Positions 15,182 through 29,468 of a DNA stretch of 64,000 nucleotides are shown here, piece by piece. The position numbers and the translations under genes are program-made. The stretch covers positions 42,532,001-42,596,000 of the forward strand of contig OZ024757.1 of the NCBI GenBank assembly GCA_964016885.1, written 5' to 3'. The stretch's first letter is position 1. Each line of letters begins with the position of its first letter. The notes beneath the pieces were generated by a model that had not been told where the DNA came from, did not search any database, and was given only the letters and a program-made list of their open reading frames with translations. The stretch comes from Eledone cirrhosa (lineage: Eukaryota).

Positions 15182-17415
15182 CTTTATATTATATTATATA
15201 TATATATATATATATATAAGTTAATTATATATATATATATAAAGGCTGGTTGTATGATGCCTGTGTGAGGAGCGCGATGCTGCATGGTAGTGAGACATGG
15301 GCAGCAACTGCAGAGGATATGCGACGGCTGGAGAGAAATGAGGCAAGCATGCTCCGTTGGATGTGCAGTGTAAATGTGCGTGAACGACCCAGCATAAATG
15401 TGTTGAGAAAGAAACTGTGTCTGAGAAGGATAGAATGTAGTGTACGGGAGAGGAGACTGAGGTGGTATGGACATGTGATGCGCATGGAGGATGACCGATG
15501 GGTGAAGAAGTGCCAGGAATTGCCAGTTGAAGGAAGACGTAGTAGAGGTAGACCACGAAAAACATGGGCGGAGGTGGTGAGAACAGACCTCAGATCATTG
15601 AAGCTCACGGTGGAGATGACGAGGGACCGTGACGAGTGGAGAGATGCTGTGCTGAATAAGACCCGTCCCACCCTTGCAAGCAGGGAGGGGCGGACGTAGA
15701 ATGATGATGATGATATATATATAAAGTTAATTATATATATATATATATATATAAAGTTAATTATATATATATATATAATTAACTTTCTATTAGTAAAGTA
15801 TAATTTGTTTGATATATTTTCAGAAGTTAAAACTTGCCTTTGATGACATAGATGCCACAGAACTGTATCCTTGTGTTATGTTTTACAGTTGCAACCCTGG
15901 AGAAAAGGTAACATTACAACTGACACTTCCTCCCGCTCTCACCCTCTCACCCCCTCTCAAACTTCTACCATCAACAGAACTGCCAGAACCCTATTCAATA
16001 TATTGAGCCTCTGAGATCAGGAACTGATCTGAAGACAATTAACACCTGTTACCTAGCAACCAGTTGCTAGAAAAACCTTACAAAAGGGGACAAAAAAAAA
16101 TAAAGAAATTATTATTGTCAGACGCCATGCTTTGACGTATGGAGTTACGGCCCTTACCATTCTGAGTTCAAATCCCACCAAGGTTAACTTTGCCTTTCAT
16201 CCTTACGGGGTCGATAAAATAAAGTACTAGTAATACACTGGAGTAATTGCTGGCCCTGTGCCAAAAGTAGAAGCAATTATTATTTTTCATGCTCCTCTTC
16301 TATTGCTCCTCCCCCGCTCTAAATGTCTGTCTGTCTGTATTTTTAGGTGAAGATAACCGACATGCAGGTTCAGGGAGCACCATGTGACCTGCTCCCTGGG
16401 GACCCACTCTGTGCCCCAGCCACCACCACTATGGTGGAAGCTGCCATCTCCCTACTGCGGACCCTACACAGCAACGAGAACTGGACTGGACCCATCAATG
16501 ATATGGTTATTAAACAAATCAATAAAATTGAGAAGTTCGAGGCCCTCTCTGAACAAGGTAAGATGGTATGGTGGGGTGGGGATGTGGTAGGAGTCAAGTA
16601 TGGCTGGGATGAGGGAGTGGTGGTAGGCTTTTATTATTTGTATCATCATCATTGTTGGTGCCTTGTTGCTCTCATCACCATCAATACCACTACCAACACC
16701 AACATCACCATTGCCAGTACCACTACCTCCAACACTGACACAACTGTTAACACCATCACAACTATCAACACTATCACCACCACTAGAGGTGTTTGGAAGA
16801 TAACTTAAAGGCTCTTACATAAATATAAACACTTGAAAACAAACAAATGTGTATTGTACAGCTAGGAACAGTTACAAACAGTTTGGTATAAAAAAGGTTA
16901 AAATAGAACACCACCACCACCACCATCTCAGTTATTACATGACACCACCACCACCACCATCTCAGTTATTACATGACACCACCACCACCACCATCTCAGT
17001 TATTACATGACACCACCACCACCACCATCTCAGTTATTACATGACACCACCACCACCGCCGCCATCTCAGTCACACCAACACCACCACCACCTTCATCTC
17101 AGTTATTACATGATACCACTAACAACACCAACACCTTCATTACTTGATATGTCTCTAAGTTGTACCATTTCTTGATATTGCAGAGGAAGATAAAGAAGCT
17201 TCTGTTCCAGCTGCCATTACTAAAAATGAAAGTGATACAAAGTTATTATTTCAGTCGGTAGAAACATTATGTTATGAAGTAAGTCTTCTGAATTTTCCTA
17301 AATTTTCTCATTTTTCTACTCTGTTGTGATTAAAGTTTGTTCAGTTTTAACTAGACAGCAATGAATATATATATATATATCATCATCGTTTAACGTCTAG
17401 CTTCCATGCTAATAT

Positions 17416-17451
<36 letters not shown>

Positions 17452-17611
17452 GTCTCACCCATGCTAGCGTGGAAGAACAGACGTAAAACGATGATGATGA
17501 TGATATATATGCTAGCAAGGAGAGTGAATGTTAAAATGATGATATATATTTATGTTTATATACAATCCTTATTGAGACCTCTATGGACTTTGGTCTTCAA
17601 ATTATTACTAC

Positions 17612-17672
<61 letters not shown>

Positions 17673-19037
17673 GCTATAACAGAGGAGTTCAAGACAGGCT
17701 GCCCATGGGAACTCCTATACGCAGACGACCTGACACTCATAGCGGAATCAATGGCCGAGCTAGAGAAGAAATTCCAAACATGGAAGCACGGCCTAGAGTC
17801 AAAAGGACTTAAAATTAACCTGGCTAAGACCAAAGTTCTAGTTTGTAGGAAAGAAAACAAGGCGGCGGTCTCTTCTGGGAAATGGTCGTGCTCGGTATGT
17901 AGGAAAGGCGTAGGTAGAAACTCCATCTTATGTCCTAAATGCAAAGTATGGGTGCATAAAAGATGTAGTGGGATCACAGGTAAGCTAACTAAGAACATAG
18001 ACTTTACATGTGGCCGGTGTTCTGGTGCAATAAGTAGCAGCAAGTGCCCACAAAATACTAGCTCTTTCAATTGCGCAGAGGGTTCTATAGAAATAGTGGA
18101 CAGCTTCCGTTACCTGGGCGATAAAATCAGCAGTGGGGGAGGGTGCTCTGAAAGTACTGTAGCTAGAGTCAGAACTGGTTGGAAAAAGTTCAGAGAGCTT
18201 ATACCACTATTAGCTGCTAAAGGGTTCTCCCTAAAAATGAAAGGCAGGTTGTACGATGCCTGCATACGAACAGCAATGTTGCATGGTAGTGAGACCTGGG
18301 CATTGTGTGCAGAGGATATACGCAGACTAGAGAGGAACGAAGCTTGCATGCTCCGCTGGATGTGTAACAGTAATATACGTGAACGGCAAAGCATAAACGA
18401 ACTAAGGAAAAAATTAGAGATAAGAGGGATCAGATGTTGTTTACTCGAGAGAAGGCTGCGTTGGTATGGACACGTGATGCGCATGAAAGTCGATAGCTGT
18501 ATTACAAAGTGCAGGGCAATAAAGATAGACGGTAGCCACGGAATAGGCAGACCTAGAAAAACATGGGATGAGCTGATAAACTCCGACCTCACACACTTAC
18601 ACCTCTCCAAGACAATGTCACTGGACCGTGACCTTTGGCGGTACTCAGTAACAGAGAAGACCCGCCTTGCCAGTAGGCATCTCTAACAAAATACACCCCG
18701 TCCCGCCACCACCCCCACCCCATCCACACCACCCCGTTCTATGTAAAGTTATGTTGGTGCCGCGCCATCCAGGCCGAAACAAATGAGATCGTGTAGGTGT
18801 CACGACAAAAAAACACACAGTTCACGCTGTAATGTGACCGTGAAGGCAACACGGTAAAAACCTCCCAGACCCACACTGTAAATGTGGTTGGTGTTAGGAA
18901 GGGCATCCAACTGTAGAAAACCTGCCAGACAGTCCTATGCGAGCAAGACAATCACTCTTGCCTCAAGTGGGACTACCCCCGTCCAAACCCATGCAAGCGT
19001 GGAACACGGACGTTAAACGTTGATGATGATGATGATG

Positions 19038-19097
<60 letters not shown>

Positions 19098-19616
19098 TCA
19101 TCACCACTACCCCCATTTTATGTCCAAGGAGACAACGAACTGCGGGTATTCCAACTTATGTTGGGAACCTGAAACCCTAACCCCTGGTCCAGGCATTTTT
19201 CACTCTCATAAATATGTAAGACTGAAAACAACATCCCCTCCTCATCTTCCTCATCCTCTCCTCCACCTCCACAGTCTTTCTCTGTTTTTTTATTCTTTAT
19301 TTCTCTATATTTTGTGTGTTGTAGGTGTGGCCTAGCCTTGTGTTGATTGGTGGCCTTGATCATGGCCTGCGAGTTGGGGGCCGATGTAAACATAAAACTG
19401 CCTACAAGAAGGGCACCTTATTAGGGGTTTCAAGGGACCAGTCTACCACAGCTAAGGTCCACTGGGATGACAGTGACACATTCATCAGGTGACATCTCTC
19501 CTTCTCTCTCTCTGTATATGTATGTATGTGTGTGTGTTTTTTTCTATTTCTGTTTGTGTGTGTCTGCGCGTGTGTGTGTGTATATATATATATATATATT
19601 TGCCTGTGTGTGTGTG

Positions 19617-19647
<31 letters not shown>

Positions 19648-22600
19648 CTTTCTATTTGTCTTGCCCTCTTTATTTCTCTGTGTGTGTATATATCTGTATA
19701 TGTGTGTGTATGTATGTCTTCCTATTTCTGACTATATATATATGTATATGTCTCCCGTCTTCTCTCTTATCAACTTTATCACCTTCTCCTTCTCTTCCCC
19801 CAGTGATGCTGCCATCTCCAATCTTGACCCAATAGAACCAATTGAGTTTGACATCAATCACCTGTCTGGCCTCACCCCACACCTTTTACAGGCCGTCATG
19901 AAGTTGACCCTAATCAGTGATGAAAAACACTGTGCCCAGCTGACCCGGCAACACGAGTACAACTGCTCTAACAATGGAGCGCCTAAGAAGCCGGGGAAAC
20001 CTGCTGATGAACTGCACGAGGACCTAAACCCGGACGAAACTGCCGTGGACCCTGTTGGCACAGCTGTGGTTGCCGCTAACACCACCATCACCTCCGATGA
20101 TCAACCCCAGGCAGCTTACCAGGAACAAGTCTCCGACGAAAGCTGTCGACAGAGACCACCAACAGATCACAACGCAGATAAAAAACGACAGTGTCTTTTG
20201 CTGCACAGTGCTGCTAACTATGCTAGTTTGGGCACCCCGTTTCCACCGACACCACCACCACTACCGTCCGCCATGCGCAGTGCATCGGCATCTGTCTCGA
20301 TGGTGGACAGCCGAGAGGCCGTACAAGGGTCGCAGGTTGACATGTCTCAGGTATTTTCCAGCAGTCGGGAAAGTTCCTTAATAAACTCCAGTTTCTCCGA
20401 CACACCGTCTTGCGCTAACGAGATGACGGCGACACAAAAGTTCAGCAAAGAAGAAAGCTCTGAGGAGAACGTCTTTGAGGTGAATTCTTCGGAGGACAAC
20501 GCCTTGCAACACGAGCTGTTCAACTTCAGGATGGCGTCATTGAAGTTGGCCGCACTGAGGATGCTTTACAGAGTGATGCTCACCAATAAATATGCCGAGA
20601 TGCTGCTCGTGCCAAAGTCAGACCTGCGTGCTGAGAGCAGCAAAGCACTTCCCGACGGGACCGTGGTTAGACGAGACGACGACATGAAAGGGGAGCTACG
20701 TGCCATCATGAAGCAGATGGTGAAGCTGGCTACGGTTCCATCACCGTTCCGACGACTAGTGTCGTTGGTGGAACTTGAACGAGCCCAGAATGTTCTCTAC
20801 CAGGTCATGATACAGACTCAGTCTGACAACCAGGCTAACCTCTCACAGTATGAAGGTGAGTAGTTGTAACACACACATATACACCATACCACTCACACGC
20901 ATACCTCCATCCACACACATATGTGTATTCATTCGCACACAAATATATACTGATATACACAAATACACATACAGAGTAACACATATGTATATATATATGT
21001 GTAAAAGGTAAACAGAAATAACAACACAATCAGTACAGTATATGGAAGGAATATATTAGGTTAACGCTTGATATAGCAGGAAGAGAGTCTTAACGTTTCG
21101 GACGCTAGTCCTTCATCAGAAGAAAGAATGAGAAATAAGATAGATTGAAGGGAAGGGTGGGGTGGAATTGAATTGGAAAAAATGTCTTTAGATAAAAATA
21201 ACAGGTCCATTCATGTTGACATCATATATATATATATATATTCACTGTTTTTTTCTTGTGTCAATTTTCAGAACAACTGGATAAGCTGAGAGCATCAAAA
21301 GGTATGAAGGCAAGTGTTGACGTCAGCTGTAGCCCTCCCCTGGAGAGAAGTAATAGCACCAGTACTTCAGCATCTGTAGATGATAGTAATGTGAACAGTG
21401 GCACCAATGGGGTCGGGACTCGGCGTTCTAGTATGGACAGCAGTTCACTTCTACAGAGACACCAGCCTGTTGTACATAGGATCAGGACAATGTTAAGTGA
21501 ACCAAGGTTAGTTGACACTACACCGCATCACTATACTACACTGCACCACCACACTATACTACACTGCATTAAATGACACCACACTACATTACACCACTAT
21601 ACTACATGACACCACCATATTACACTACACTACATTACATGACACCACCATATTACACTACACCACCATCCTCAAGTTTGTTAATTCAAATGTTGATGAT
21701 TGTACTTTTCAAAGGATGTCTTGCTAATGTGGTTTGTTTTCTCTCTCTCTCTCGCAGTCTTTCAGCGGTCCCCATTAGCGTGTCACCACTACAACATCCG
21801 ACACTGTCTCCAGCAACTGTGACAGCAGTGAGTCCAACACCACAAACACCACCTTCACCTCTTTACGCTCCCCTCATAGAGATGGGTTTCAGTCTTAACC
21901 ACATTGTACAGGCAATGAGGGCCACAGGTTTGTAAAGCTACATCTTACTGTTTCTATTTCAACCTTCCATCCCTTCCATCCCTTCCCTACCTTCATACCA
22001 ACAATGGAATCTTCCATCTCTCCCCGACCTTGACACCAACAATAGAACCTTCCATCTCTCCCCTACCTTGACACCGATAGAACCTTCCATATCTCCCCTA
22101 CCTTGACACCAACAATAGAACCTTCCATCTCTCCCCTACCTTGACACCAACAATAGAACCTTCCATATCTCCCCTACCTTGACACCGATAGAACCTTCCA
22201 TATCTCCCCTACCTTGACCCCAACAATAGAACCTTCCATCTCTCCCCTACCTTGACACCAACAATAGAACCTTCCATATCTCCCCTACCTTGACACCAAC
22301 AATAGAACCTTCCATCTCTCCCCTACCTTGACACCAACGATAGAACCTTATATCTCTCCCCTACCTTGACACCAACAATAGAACCTTCCATATCTCCCCT
22401 ACCTTGACACCAACGATAGAACCTTCCATCTCTCCCCTACCTTGACACCAACGATAGAACCTTCTATATCTCCCCTACCTTGACACCAACGATAGAACCT
22501 TCCATATCTCCCCTACCTTGACACCAACAATAGAACCTTCCATCTCTCCCCTACCTTGACACCAACAATAGAACCTTCCATCTCTCCCCTACCTTGACAC

Positions 22601-25600
22601 CAACGATAGAACCTTCCATCTCTCCCCTACCTTGACACCAATGATAGAACCTTCCATATCTCCCCTACCTTGACACCAACAATAGAACCTTCCATATCTC
22701 CCCTACCTTGACACCAACGATAGAACCTTCCATATCTCCCCTACCTTGACACCAACGATAGAACCTTCCATATCTCCCCTACCTTGACACCAACGATAGA
22801 ACCTTCCATATCTCCCCTACCTTGACACCAACGATAGAACCTTCCATATCTCCCCTACCTTGACACCAATGATAGAACCTTCCATATCTCCCCTACCTTG
22901 ACACCAACGATAGAAACTTCCATCTCTCCCCTACCTTGACACCAACGATAGAACCTTCTATATCTCCCCTACCTTGACACCAACAATAGAACCTTCCATC
23001 TCTCCCCTACCTTGACACCGATAGAACCTTCTATATCTCCCCTACCTTGACACCAACAATAGAACCTTCCATCTCTCCCCTACCTTGACACCAACAATAG
23101 AACCTTCCATATCTCCCCTACCTTGACACCAACAATAGAACCTTCCATATCTCCCCTACCTTGACACCAACAATAGAACCTTCCATATCTCCCCTACCTT
23201 GACACCAACGATAGAACCTTCCATATCTCCCCTACCTTGACACCAACGATAGAACCTTCCATATCTCCCCTACCTTGACACCAACGATAGAACCTTCCAT
23301 ATCTCCCCTACCTTGACACCAATGATAGAACCTTCCATATCTCCCCTACCTTGACACCAACGATAGAAACTTCCATCTCTCCCCTACCTTGACACCAACG
23401 ATAGAACCTTCTATATCTCCCCTACCTTGACACCAACAATAGAACCTTCCATCTCTCCCCTACCTTGACACCGATAGAACCTTCTATATCTCCCCTACCT
23501 TGACACCAACAATAGAACCTTCCATCTCTCCCCTACCTTGACACCAACAATAGAACCTTCCATATCTCCCCTACCTTGACACCAACAATAGAACCTTCCA
23601 TATCTCCCCTACCTTGACACCAACAATAGAACCTTCCATATCTCCCCTACCTTGACACCAACAATAGAACCTTCCATATCTCCCCTACCTTGACACCAAC
23701 AATAGAACCTTCCATATCTCCCCTACCTTGACACCAACAATAGAACCTTCCATATCTCCCCTACCTAGACACCAACAATAGAACCTTCCATCTCTCCCCT
23801 ACCTTGACACCAACGATAGAACCTTCTATCTCTCCCCTACCTTGACACCAACGATAGAACCTTCCATATCTCCCCTACCTTGACACCAACAATAGAACCT
23901 TCCATCTCTCCCCTACCTTGACACCAACAATAGAACCTTCCATATCTCCCCTACCTAGACACCAACAATAGAACCTTCCATCTCTCCCCTACCTTGACAC
24001 CAACGATAGAACCTTCTATCTCTCCCCTACCTTGACACCAACAATAGAACCTTCCATCTCTCCCCTACCTTGACACCGATAGAACCTTCTATATCTCCCC
24101 TACCTTGACACCAACAATAGAACCTTCCATCTCTCCCCTACCTTGACACCAACGATAGAACCCCTCTTATAATAATGGCAATCTGTGTGCGTGAAGAATG
24201 GCTCAATATAAAGGACCCTATCATCCTAAAATGTCTGGCCTTCTGTCTGTCTGTCTCTATTGGAAATAATCAATTAATCAATAATTTATGTACCCCCTTC
24301 CCATCTCAATTACTTCCATCTAGGTGTGAACATCGAGGCATCTGCTCATGTAGTGAACACCCTGGCTACCTGGATGGTGGAACATCCCATCACAGAAACA
24401 TCCAACCAAAACGAACAATCCAGTGGTGGCGGTGCGGCCAGTTCTACATCCACCTGTGTACCTGTTGACCTGTCTTTTCCACCCACATCTCTCCCCTCCA
24501 GGGGAACACCACTCACAGACATGCTTAATGCCCATATATACAGAATTGCTTCCGACTGGTAAGTCATCTCTCTTCTTTCATTCTCATGAATAATTCTTCA
24601 ACACAACAAACTTTGTTTGATGATTGGATTAGTAACCTGACTGTATTTTTCTGGCTGTATTTCTAATGAAAACAAAAAGAAAGGATCCGATTGTGAGATC
24701 AGACCAAGGACACAATGTTTCTATTGGTCTTTCTATTGCTGATACTATCTGTTAGTCACAACTCCTGGCAGAAGAAAGGAGCTGATCATCAGATCAGACC
24801 AAAGAGACAATGTTTCTGTCAGTCACAACTCCTGGCAGAAGAAAGGAGCTGGTCATCAGATCAGACCAAAGAGACAATGTTTCTATTTATCTTTCCAGTA
24901 GCTCTAATTAAGTATCTGGTCTTTAAGGATCCGTCCAACCCTTACTAGCTGGGTAAACATACATTAAATAATGATGATATATGTTTGTATGTGCAGGGAA
25001 AACACCCTCCAGACGACAGAGGCACCAATGGCACATATTGAGACGTTGTCCGATCAATCGTCCGATGAACGTGAAGGAGAGATACACTTGGGACGCACAC
25101 GCAGGCGACGTCTGTGTCGTACACGGCACATGGATATACGTAATTACCTCACCAGACCTTGTACGTATGTCTCATGGATAGAGTTTCTTGATCACATACA
25201 CACAGGCTCTCTCTCTCTCTCTCTCTCTCTCAAATGCACATACACGCACGCTCTCTCTTACATACACTGGTTCTCTTACACACACAATCTCTCTCTCACA
25301 AACATACACACACATACACACTCTCATACATAAACACACATATACATTCTCACATACATTTACACTTTCACACACATGAACAGACACATACAAATGTAGA
25401 TATGTTGATGGTTGAGTGTGTATGTAGCTGTTTATCTCTCTCTCTCTCTGTCTTGTCCAGCTGGAACGAGAAGTCTCAGGGAGAGCCACCGGGAGAATCG
25501 ACCAGATCGTCAACATGAGATTGGTGAAGCCCGTCCCCTCTACGACTTGGAGTTTGATCTCTTTGATGATTTGTTGTATGAAGAAAATACTGATGCCTTC

Positions 25601-25872
25601 TCACCCTTGGAGTCTTCTGAGCAGGTCAGTTGTCTTTGATAGACACACATACACACACACATATATATATATATGACTGGGGTTGTACTACATCATATAT
25701 ATATATAATAAACATATAAACATTGACAGGGGATAATTTGTACAGAGTGTAAGAACAGATAATTACAGTGGTAGCATATTAAAATTTAACGAAAACTTCA
25801 AATATAGAGGCTACCTCCATAACTATGTCTTCTTACACTCTGTACATATTCCCGGTCAATGTTTGATATGTT

Positions 25873-25916
<44 letters not shown>

Positions 25917-28819
25917 TCATCATCATCGATATATATATATATGTCAATTGACCTTTAATCTTTAATAAATGCTCAGATTTATTCCTTAGAATCTTTGAGC
26001 TACTTCTACAGGTGGTATGGCACATCTTTGTGATTTTCTCAGACATGATATCTATAATTTTGTTAGTATTACATGCACGCACACACATATAATATATATA
26101 TATATCCAGGGAGTGAACACGGAGTTACTGTAGGTTCATCCAGGTGAATACTCGATGTTTAGGTTCGCGTCAGTATTGAGGTTTAGAGCTAGACAGCTTA
26201 GTGTCCAGGGCTAACTCCTACACGGGAGGACGCCGTCTGTGTAACTTATGCTCAGAGGAAACATTACAAATGTTGTTTACAAAGGACCAACTCCTAAACA
26301 AAAAAGACGAACTGGTAACTGCATCCAAACACCGATTGCATAGGACTTACCTCGCCCTCAAACCCCCTCATGACCCGGGTGGGTAGACAATGGCTGCAAC
26401 ATCCTTCTTTTCCCCACTTGCCAAACAAGATAGGGGAAACCCCAGCTAACTTAGGTAGATGTAGTTCTTTTCTTTTCCTTTTTCTTTTCTTCTTCCCTTT
26501 ATCCCTTCCTATCACTTCCTTCCACTACTCCAAGGCAGCCCATTGGGCTTTTGTAGCCCCAGAACCCCCACCCCAGTAAATTATATATTGCACTGGCCGA
26601 AAACGCAATACCAACTAAATATAGCAGCTGCTTTAGACTCTAGAGATTTTTTTATTACTTTTTACTATTTAATTTTATTATTTTTATATATTTTTTTATT
26701 TATTTATTATCTTTTAATCTCAATTTATTAACCTATTCTATAACCTCCCACTCTCTAATTCCTCCAGAATCCTTTGTCGCCTGCTTCCTGACAAGCCTAA
26801 TTTCATACACAATCCTCAGAATTTGCTGTATAGAATTCACTTTCAACGCTTGACCAGCTACACCCACTCCCTCATTGTTCTACAGGCAAGTCCAGCCCCT
26901 CCCACCCACTCCCATGAAAGATTTAATTGTGTTTACAAGAAATTTTGACCTATCATTTGACAACTACAATCTTCCCATATAAGGAATTACCCCTTGATAA
27001 GTTCTGCTATTTATTTACCACGCTAAAAATTCTAATTTAGTCCAGAAATAGCCATCGAAACGGCTTGAGCTCTGCCGTCGGGGTTAAACTTTTTCCTATA
27101 TATATATAATAGTAGAACACTGGAGGGTTATATCCGTAGTAGTAGAGCACTCAGTCCATGGGACAAGTTTGGTAGAAGTTGCACAACAGTTAGTTCACAG
27201 TATATATCATCATCATTTCATCATCATTTCATTTTACGTCCGCTTTTTCCCTGCTTACAAGGGTGGGACGGGAACTGATGCTGGCTTGATTTCTACAGCT
27301 GGATGCCCTTCCTAACACCAACCTCATTTACAGTGAGTGCTGGGTGCTTTTTTGCCGTGGCACCTCCACGACCACTTTGCAGTGGAATGATAGGGACCCC
27401 AGTCCCTATCATCTCATTTCTACAGCTGAGTAAACTGGAGCAATGTGAAATAAAGTGTCTTGCTCAAGGAAACAACACATCATTCGGTTTGAGAATTGAA
27501 CTCACAACCTTTCGATTGCAAGGCCAATGCTCTAACCACTAAGCCATGTGCCTCCATTAATATATATATATAGAGGTGGGGGCTGGCCATTTAGTAGTAA
27601 AAGTACCCTGTGTAATTTAATCTTAATTTAACGAGGAAATTAATTATAGCATATCTCTATTGAATGAATTATTTGTTATTTTCAGATGTTGATTGCAGCC
27701 AATGATTGCCAAGAACCAGTCAGTTGTGATCTGTGCTTAACGAGGACATCAAACTTTAATACACATATGAAGTCTACCCATCCAGGATGTGGAAGTAATG
27801 TTTACATTTTATATATTTATATTATATGTGTGTAGTTGTATGGCTGTCTGTCTCTGTTCTCACCTATCTCATCATCATTTTACGTCCACTTTTCCCTGCT
27901 TGCAAGGGTGGGACGGGTCTTATTCAGCACAGCATCTCTCCACGGTCCTTCATCATCTCCACCGAGAGCTTCAGCGATCTGAGGTCTGTTCTTACCACCT
28001 CTGCCCATGTTTTTCGTGGTCTACCTCTACCACGTCTTCCTTCAACTGGCATTTCCTGGCACTTCTTCACCTATCAGTCATCCTCCATGCGCATCACATG
28101 TCCATACCACCTCAGTCTCCTCTCCCGTACACTACATTCTATCCCTCTCAGACACAGTTTCTCTCTCAACACATTTATGCTGGGTCGTTCACGCACATCG
28201 ACATTGCACATCGGAGCATGTTTGCACAACGGAGCATGTTTGCCTCATTTCTCTCCAGCCGTCGCATATCCTCTGCAGTTGCTGCCCATGTCTCACTACC
28301 ATGCACATCGCGCTCCTCACACAGGCATCATATAACCGGCCTTTCGTACGCAGGGAGAAACCCTTCTTTGTCAGCAGAGGAAGCAGTTCCCTAAACTTCT
28401 TCCAACCCGTCCTTATTCTAGATACTATGGTCTTGGAACACCCCCCCCCCCTCCTATGCTAATCTGATCTCCTAGGTTCCGGAAGCTATCCACCACTTCT
28501 ATAGCACCCGCCTGCATTTGAAAAATGTGTCTATCAATGCGACTTCTACTGTCTAATTTCCCTGTACATCTACTGCATACATATTTCTCCCTACCTGTTA
28601 GTTTGCCTGCTATCCCGCTACATCTCTTGTGTACCCAGGATCTGCATTGTGTGCATTTTATAGAATTTATGCCAGTTCCTTTTCTGCATATTGAACATGG
28701 CCATTTCCCTGATGGAATCAGAGTTTTGTCCTCTTTTCTACTCATCAACACTTTTGTCTTAGCTAGGTTCAATCTCAGTCCTCTTGCTTCCAACTGCTGT
28801 TTCCATAGCCAGAATCTCA

Positions 28820-28865
<46 letters not shown>

Positions 28866-29311
28866 TGTATGTGTGTATATATAAATATGTATGTATACAT
28901 ATATATATGTATGTATACATATCTATACACTCTATTTTCTTTAAAGTATGGGGTACTAATTTTTAGTTAGTAACTTATATCGGAAATACTTCATTTATAT
29001 ATATATATATATATCATCATTCATCATCATCATTTCATTTTACGCCCACTTTTCCCTGCTTGCAAGGGTGGGACGGAAACAGATTCTGGCTTGATTTCTG
29101 CAGCTGGATGCCCTTCCTAACACCAACCTCATTTTACAGCTTTTTTGCTTTTGCAGTGGAATGATAGGGACCCCAGTCCCTATTATCTCATTTCTACAGC
29201 TGAGTAAACTGGAGCAATGTGAAATAAAGTGTCTTGCTCAAGGAAACAACACATCACCCGGTCTGAGAATTGAACTCACAACCTTTCAATTGCAAGGCCA
29301 ATGCTCTAATA

Positions 29312-29399
<88 letters not shown>

Positions 29400-29428
29400 A
29401 ACACATATACACACATATATAGTTATAT

Positions 29429-29468
<40 letters not shown>

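Noticed and set aside
18110-18610. Antisense ORFs over RTE copies (also 347-649, 15225-15671, 27826-28335)
   Set aside because: Shadow frames of the RT coding strand with no independent motif.
17583-18686. 367-aa ORF as a host gene or complete retrotransposon protein
   Set aside because: Its N-terminus is read through (TA)n; it is a 5'-truncated LINE lacking the endonuclease and the first half of the RT.
21990-24165. CRISPR-like array of ~38-bp repeats
   Set aside because: Units are head-to-tail with no unique spacers, in a eukaryotic intron with no cas genes; it is a minisatellite.
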